A model generated the notes under the pieces. The model saw nothing but the letters and a program-made list of their open reading frames with translations. It did not search any database and was not told the origin of the DNA. A DNA stretch of 34,762 nucleotides from Trichomonas gallinae (taxonomy: Eukaryota). Both the position numbers and the translations under genes were made by a program. The stretch lies in NCBI GenBank assembly GCA_008369845.1, contig MRSU01011368.1:1-34762 (forward strand). The letters are read 5' to 3'. Below, piece by piece: positions 29,802 through 34,762 of the stretch. Each line of letters begins with the position of its first letter. Position 1 is the first letter of the stretch.

Positions 29802-30764
29802 TTGCATATAGATATAAATACTCATCAGCTATTCATTGTTAAAAACAATATACGACGGTTTTTGTTTCACCCTAAGCTAGACAATCTCATTTTAGTTTCG
29901 AAATTCGCAGTGGTCGATGATTTACCTCTGAGTCAAGAACTGAAAGTGAGTTCACCAGTATTTCCATTTCCAGTAGAGCCTGTGCCGATATTTCCGTTCA
30001 AGGATTTACAAAATATCGCTTCAGTTATATATTGCATCATAAATGATTTCTCTTTTGCGAAATTCTTCATGTCCTTTCCATACTCCAGCAAAAAGTGTGA
30101 ATCAATATACCACGCACTTTATATCATTCTATCGAAAATGATATTGAATAATTTGAATGGGAAAGAAATTCCATTTATTGAGTTTTTATCAGTATTGACA
30201 CGTGTCCCAGAATTCGATAATCCGGGATATCTTAGTAACGTTAGTCCAGTCGTATTTTTTTCCAATCTTATGATTGCTTTACTGAACTACGAGTCTGTTC
30301 TAAGTATTTCAGATGTGATTGCAATTAAATTGACAAAGAGGAACGAATGCACAAATTGTGGAGTCATCTATAAAACTCCAGAATGGATTTTTGGAATTGA
30401 TACAGAAAACAGATCAATAACGCATACAATAGAACAGAAATTATTTAAATTAAAGCCAGTAAGCTGCCAAAAATGTGATAAGCAGCTTGAAAGCGGCTCC
30501 GTGATTGAAGAATTGCCGCCAACACTAATTATTTCTTCAGATATACAGAAGAAACACCCACTAGAGTTTTATATAACAGAACATGATAAAAAATACCAAC
30601 TTAAGTCCTTTATTGTTCAAAATTCAGATCAATATTTCGCAGTTGTAAAGAAACACGGCCAATGGTACAAATGCGATGAACAAGAAACTAATGTTTCTAA
30701 TGATTTCGTTAAATCATTATCTCCAACTTTAATGTTTTATAATAGATATTATATATATGATTAA
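29802..30764 (+). CDS. USP (peptidase C19)-fold protein lacking catalytic residues; start uncertain, may be frameshifted or a pseudogene
   Basis: Finger cysteines CTNC and CQKC, IEELPPTLII, KYQLKSFIVQ and GQWYKCDE follow USP box order. Cys-box and His-box residues are absent. First in-frame ATG is only at 30069. Confidence 0.7.
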   Translation: MHIDINTHQLFIVKNNIRRFLFHPKLDNLILVSKFAVVDDLPLSQELKVSSPVFPFPVEPVPIFPFKDLQNIASVIYCIINDFSFAKFFMSFPYSSKKCESIYHALYIILSKMILNNLNGKEIPFIEFLSVLTRVPEFDNPGYLSNVSPVVFFSNLMIALLNYESVLSISDVIAIKLTKRNECTNCGVIYKTPEWIFGIDTENRSITHTIEQKLFKLKPVSCQKCDKQLESGSVIEELPPTLIISSDIQKKHPLEFYITEHDKKYQLKSFIVQNSDQYFAVVKKHGQWYKCDEQETNVSNDFVKSLSPTLMFYNRYYIYD

Positions 30765-31104
30765 ATTGTTTTCTATCCTTTAGTACTCCAAAATATTTGC
30801 TTCTCATTTTATTCCAATCAAGTCAAAATATATGTTCAAATAAATTATCAAATTTTATTGGTTTAAACTATGGTACTATAATTTAATAGGCATAAAAACT
30901 TCAATTTAAAAGTATATGTTGGAAAGTAGACAAGTTTAATCTATATTCAAATTCAAAATTTGGATTTAAAGTAATTCTGTGCAAATATATTGTTAATGTA
31001 TTTGTTATAATTATATTTTTGTCGGAGCTTTTGTTATTTTAGTTATTTTGGGATATTTTGCTAAATATTTGATTTAAAATAAATGGAGTCATTAAGTAAA
31101 GAAA

Positions 31105-31521
31105 TTAGGTGAAAACCTTGTAAATGTTGAGAATTGAGTAAAGCATGAAAACGAAAGAATAAACGAATGAAATAATATTGATAACAAATAATGCGATGAA
31201 AAGTTTCTTTTTCTTGTTCTGATCACGAACAATATTCAGTGGCTCGAAATAATGATGAGTTCTCGTTTCAATGAAGAAATAAATTGCGACTAACAAGTTA
31301 TAAATCAGAACCGGTAACGTATAGGGGAATGTTAGAAGCGATTGTAAGACTATTAATATGTGGCAGATCTTGATTGGCCAGATTAAATTCTCCAATGTTT
31401 TGCAAAGCGCGAAAGGACTGACGTGGTTGCCCTGGAACTCGTATATATCAGTAATAATGACAATATACAACACAGCGACAGCGACTTCAGCAACTAATGA
31501 AATAAAATCAAAATACCACAT
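31105..31521 (-). CDS. Cornichon/Erv14-family ER cargo receptor (138 aa)
   Basis: From ATG 31521: three or more hydrophobic helices with cornichon-like spacing (D..E...NHVSPFALCKTLENLIWP...H, HYFEPLNIVR, FVYSFVFMLYSIL). Inr-like TCACTT lies just upstream on the minus strand. The 40 extra codons in the ORF track overlap the divergent gene. Confidence 0.75.
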   Translation of the reverse strand: MWYFDFISLVAEVAVAVLYIVIITDIYEFQGNHVSPFALCKTLENLIWPIKICHILIVLQSLLTFPYTLPVLIYNLLVAIYFFIETRTHHYFEPLNIVRDQNKKKKLFIALFVINIISFVYSFVFMLYSILNIYKVFT

Positions 31522-31573
31522 AATAAAAAGTGACTTTAACGTACAATAGAAAATTGACAAAAAATTGACAAAA
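31522..31573. promoter_or_regulatory. 52-bp bidirectional promoter region
   Basis: Lies between head-to-head ATGs 31521(-) and 31574(+). Contains AAAGTGAC (31527-31534, reverse GTCACTTT) and a tandem AAAATTGACAA x2. Confidence 0.6.
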
Positions 31574-33841
31574 ATGCATGAAATTCCTTCTTCTGGGTCA
31601 GATTTTTTGAAAGAGCACCTGGCTTTGTCGCATTCCATCAAGGAGAAGGGCTATGACCAAAACACTGTGCTTGAATGCCTCCAAAATAAGGTCAACGAAT
31701 TATTAAAATTCCAAGAAGAAGCGGTTTCTTTGAAAGCGGAGCTTAAAATCACTACTGAGAGGTGCAATCTTCAGGCAGCTGAGTTTTCTTTCGTTAAAGA
31801 TGAATTACAGCAAGAAATTGATCATTTAAGAGAAAATGAAACAAAATTACGAATGGCTTTGGCCAAAGCTCAGTCAGAGAAATCAAATGCAGTAAATTAT
31901 ATTGATGTTGAAGCAAGAATTAATCAAGAATCTTCAGAAATTCGAAAATTATCAGATAAAATAAATCGATCAAAAACGAAAAAGTCGCAATTAAAGCAAG
32001 AAAATCAGTCGCTGCGTGACAAACTATCATCTCTTACGCTGCAATTTGACGAATTGCGCTCAGAAAATACGGGTTTAAAGGGAGAAATCAGCCAGATTTC
32101 AGAAAATCTAAGTCAAGAACGTGAATCGAGTAGAATTACTAACGATGATCATAGCAAAGCTCTTGAAAGCTCTAAAATGCTTTCAGATCAAGTTTCAACA
32201 CTTCAATTCAAAAATAATGAACTACAACAAAAGATTTCTAAATTACAACAAGCTTTAGATGCACAAGAGAAACAATACAAAACTCTTAAATCAACACTCA
32301 GACAAAAAGAATCGGAAAATTCAACACTTACTGATGATTTTCGAAGGCAAATATCAGAATTAAAGCGTGAAAATGCCGATTTGGAGATGAGATTAAAACA
32401 ATCCAACTTAGATTTCGAAAGAGAAAAGCAAAGAGCGATTGATTTATCTCAAACTCAAGAAATAACAGATAAAAGCAAACAAGACGCAGCATCAACGATC
32501 AATGCTCTTCAATTTGAAAACCAAGAACTCAAATCTAAGACATTAATTCAAGAAAGACAACTTAAAAATTATGAAGAAAACAAAATCGCTCTAAAAGAGA
32601 AAGAAATGCTTTTAGATCATATAGAACTGGAAAGGAAGGCATTAGCAAACTCCTTGTCAACGGAGCCTGATCCAATCGAAGGTCCATGGACAAATCTTCA
32701 CGACAGAGTCGCAGAAGCTGTTCACGGCCAAAATCTAACTAAATCAGTTACAGATCAGAATGAAAAGCTTAAGGCAAGACTGAAAGCTGCTCTTGAACAA
32801 TCAGCGACGAGCGAAAAAGCTCTAAAACAAAGGCAGCAAGAAGAAGAGGAAGATCAGTATGTTTCAGCCTTGAAATCATCACTAGATGGTGCGCAGAAAA
32901 GGATAAACAATTTGGATGAGAAGATAGCAGCCATGGAGTTCCAGAGAAAATTTGCAACTTCAATCGAAATTTCGAATTCGAAATTAATGAAAGAAATTGC
33001 TAAATTACACTTATCATTACATCCTGAACTCACTCACATCAGAGCTTTGGTTCTTGCTGTTATTATGATGAATCGAATTTCAAAAATGAAAGTTTCTAAC
33101 TCATATAGAGATGAAAATGCTTTATCCCTATTCAGAGGCCGTCAAATATACTCACCAATGTGCATGGTTGAAGAAATAAGGAAATCTTTTAGGTTATTAA
33201 CTCAAGATTTAGTTGATTGCAAATCAAACCTTGTACAAGCTCTCAAAGACCGAGAAAAACTTACAACAGAGAACCAAACACTCACAGTCCAAGTAAACAC
33301 TTACAAAGACGAGAACAGAATCGAGAAAAAGCGAACGAAATTCCTAAAGAAGAGGATGATCGAAATGCAACAAGAATTATCGCTTCTTGTTCCATCAGAA
33401 GAGTACCAGGACGCATGCAAGGCCATCCAGACACTACAGGAGAAGCTCATAGCTGCGAAACAGCAGCACAGCCAGTATTTGGAGCAGATCTCAGAGGTAA
33501 AGAAGCAACTCGATATAATGAGAACAGACAAAGAAACAGTTGATGGCAAACTTTCTCAATCTGTCAGTCTTTACAACGAGATCAGAATCCAATTAAAGCA
33601 GAGCATAAAGGAAATAGAGACACTCCACATCTTGCTCGAAGAAAAGAACAAAGAGATTCTCGCTTTGGAAAGAGTTGTTCATAGGCAAAAATCTTTGGAG
33701 AAAACAGCATCAGCAGCTTTCGCAAACTTAAAGTTAGGTGAAGAGGATCAGATACAGTTCGAGACAAAGATTGAAACGGCAACACTTGCAAACCAGGAAC
33801 CTTCATTTTCACTTGCTATTAATCCAGCATTTTTAGGATAA
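31574..33841 (+). CDS. Long coiled-coil protein (~755 aa)
   Basis: First ATG at 31574. Heptad-rich E/K/Q/L sequence interrupted by a short hydrophobic block (IRALVLAVIMMNR). Ends INPAFLG*. Confidence 0.87.
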   Translation: MHEIPSSGSDFLKEHLALSHSIKEKGYDQNTVLECLQNKVNELLKFQEEAVSLKAELKITTERCNLQAAEFSFVKDELQQEIDHLRENETKLRMALAKAQSEKSNAVNYIDVEARINQESSEIRKLSDKINRSKTKKSQLKQENQSLRDKLSSLTLQFDELRSENTGLKGEISQISENLSQERESSRITNDDHSKALESSKMLSDQVSTLQFKNNELQQKISKLQQALDAQEKQYKTLKSTLRQKESENSTLTDDFRRQISELKRENADLEMRLKQSNLDFEREKQRAIDLSQTQEITDKSKQDAASTINALQFENQELKSKTLIQERQLKNYEENKIALKEKEMLLDHIELERKALANSLSTEPDPIEGPWTNLHDRVAEAVHGQNLTKSVTDQNEKLKARLKAALEQSATSEKALKQRQQEEEEDQYVSALKSSLDGAQKRINNLDEKIAAMEFQRKFATSIEISNSKLMKEIAKLHLSLHPELTHIRALVLAVIMMNRISKMKVSNSYRDENALSLFRGRQIYSPMCMVEEIRKSFRLLTQDLVDCKSNLVQALKDREKLTTENQTLTVQVNTYKDENRIEKKRTKFLKKRMIEMQQELSLLVPSEEYQDACKAIQTLQEKLIAAKQQHSQYLEQISEVKKQLDIMRTDKETVDGKLSQSVSLYNEIRIQLKQSIKEIETLHILLEEKNKEILALERVVHRQKSLEKTASAAFANLKLGEEDQIQFETKIETATLANQEPSFSLAINPAFLG

Positions 33842-34037
33842 TTTATTTTTTGTTATTGTTATTGTTATTATTATTTTTGTTATATTATTAAAGTTTACTT
33901 TTAATACAATTAATATTATTGAGATTTCTACAACAAATAAATATAATTGATTTGACAATTTATTTTTTTCTATTTGTAAGTTTGTATTTTGCTATTGTGT
34001 ACTATCATCTTTAAATATTTAAGCTATTTGCATGAAT

Positions 34038-34520
34038 TTATAAACTCTTGTATGGATATTTCTTCTTTTCAAGCTCATTGATTTCGTTAGGGAATTCTTT
34101 TCGGAATTTCTTAGACTGATGACTTGAAAGAATCAAAACAATGAAGATAATATGTAAGATGAAGAACATTAAAGTGCTGAAGTATTTAAGAGTCAATATT
34201 CCTAAAACTACTGATGTAGCTTCAACCATGAGAATGATTTTTTGCATGTTTTGTTTCTTTGCGATAATTGAATAAAGAGAAACAGCATATGGAGCAATAT
34301 ATATAAATGGAACGAACTTCATATCAACTTGTGTGAGCAAAACGAGACATAAAAGAATCAATACTGCATGAATTCCAATCATCATGAAATGTTCTGTCTT
34401 AACAACGCGTTCATACTCGGCTTTCATGTCGTTAACTATTTGGTCTTGTTTGTCTGAGTCGATTAATTGGACATTATTCTCTTGAGCGTTTCTGTGAGTA
34501 ATAAATGCTTCGTCTTCCAT
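34038..34520 (-). CDS. Small ~4-TM membrane protein of unknown function (160 aa)
   Basis: Four hydrophobic segments and a basic C-terminal tail (LEKKKYPYKSL). Inr-like TCATA before ATG 34520 favours it over 34541. Stop is TAA+A. Confidence 0.75.
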   Translation of the reverse strand: MEDEAFITHRNAQENNVQLIDSDKQDQIVNDMKAEYERVVKTEHFMMIGIHAVLILLCLVLLTQVDMKFVPFIYIAPYAVSLYSIIAKKQNMQKIILMVEATSVVLGILTLKYFSTLMFFILHIIFIVLILSSHQSKKFRKEFPNEINELEKKKYPYKSL

Positions 34521-34762
34521 TAAAATTATGATTTCTGTCATGTAAAATTTTGTTTGCCAAATAAATCATAATAATTGTCGTGTAATGTCAAAATAGAAAT
34601 AATCCAGCATATTGGGGAAAGTGTTCATAACTAAATATTTCAGCATTGAATTTTGTCAAGCCAATATAATGCTAGTTAAAGACTAATGATTCCCAAAAGA
34701 GCCAAAATGCGAATTTTTTCCCAAGACAAAATATATCTCTTGGAAGTGTTGGAAGTAAAGTA

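Noticed and set aside
31522..31641. 40-aa N-terminal extension of cornichon in the ORF track
   Set aside because: Overlaps the divergent gene. Cornichon length and the Inr position support ATG 31521.
33842..33892. (TTA/TTG)n low-complexity tract
   Set aside because: Ordinary U-rich 3' flank or degenerate microsatellite.
34738..34762. TTGGAAGT direct repeat at the window end, with similar words near 16651 and 30919
   Set aside because: Too short and truncated to support a repeat or element terminus.
1..34762. Operon-like novel system, CRISPR array, tRNA/rRNA genes, intact transposon or spliceosomal introns
   Set aside because: Eukaryotic genes of unrelated function, most with their own Inr-like start. 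No spaced repeat array, cloverleaf, transposase or integrase ORF, or trichomonad branch-point/3' splice motif was recognised by eye.

Overview
AT-rich, gene-dense, apparently intron-free eukaryotic DNA. It looks like a trichomonad (Trichomonas-like parabasalid): TCAYW initiator-like motifs lie a few nt upstream of many ATGs, many stops are TAA followed by A (UAAA poly(A) signal), and there are HCD-type kinase paralogs and long coiled-coil genes. The organism call is an inference. Gene order: 3' end of an unknown gene; CLPTM1-family protein; GDAP2/MacroD-like macro domain; ~3970-aa divergent dynein heavy chain; two tandem Ser/Thr kinases; two divergent coiled-coil genes; a TRAPPC13-like protein; a USP-fold protein; cornichon head-to-head with a third coiled-coil gene; a small 4-TM protein. 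Most notable: (1) a full-length dynein heavy chain whose AAA1 catalytic motifs are all altered (candidate motor-dead dynein); (2) a USP-fold ORF lacking the catalytic Cys/His and an in-frame ATG for its N-terminal part; (3) a GC-rich intergenic island with G-U-containing hairpins (candidate ncRNA); (4) a 52-bp divergent promoter; (5) decayed ankyrin-like fragments in the spacers. I cannot support a multi-gene novel system, a CRISPR array, a tRNA/rRNA gene or an intact transposon.
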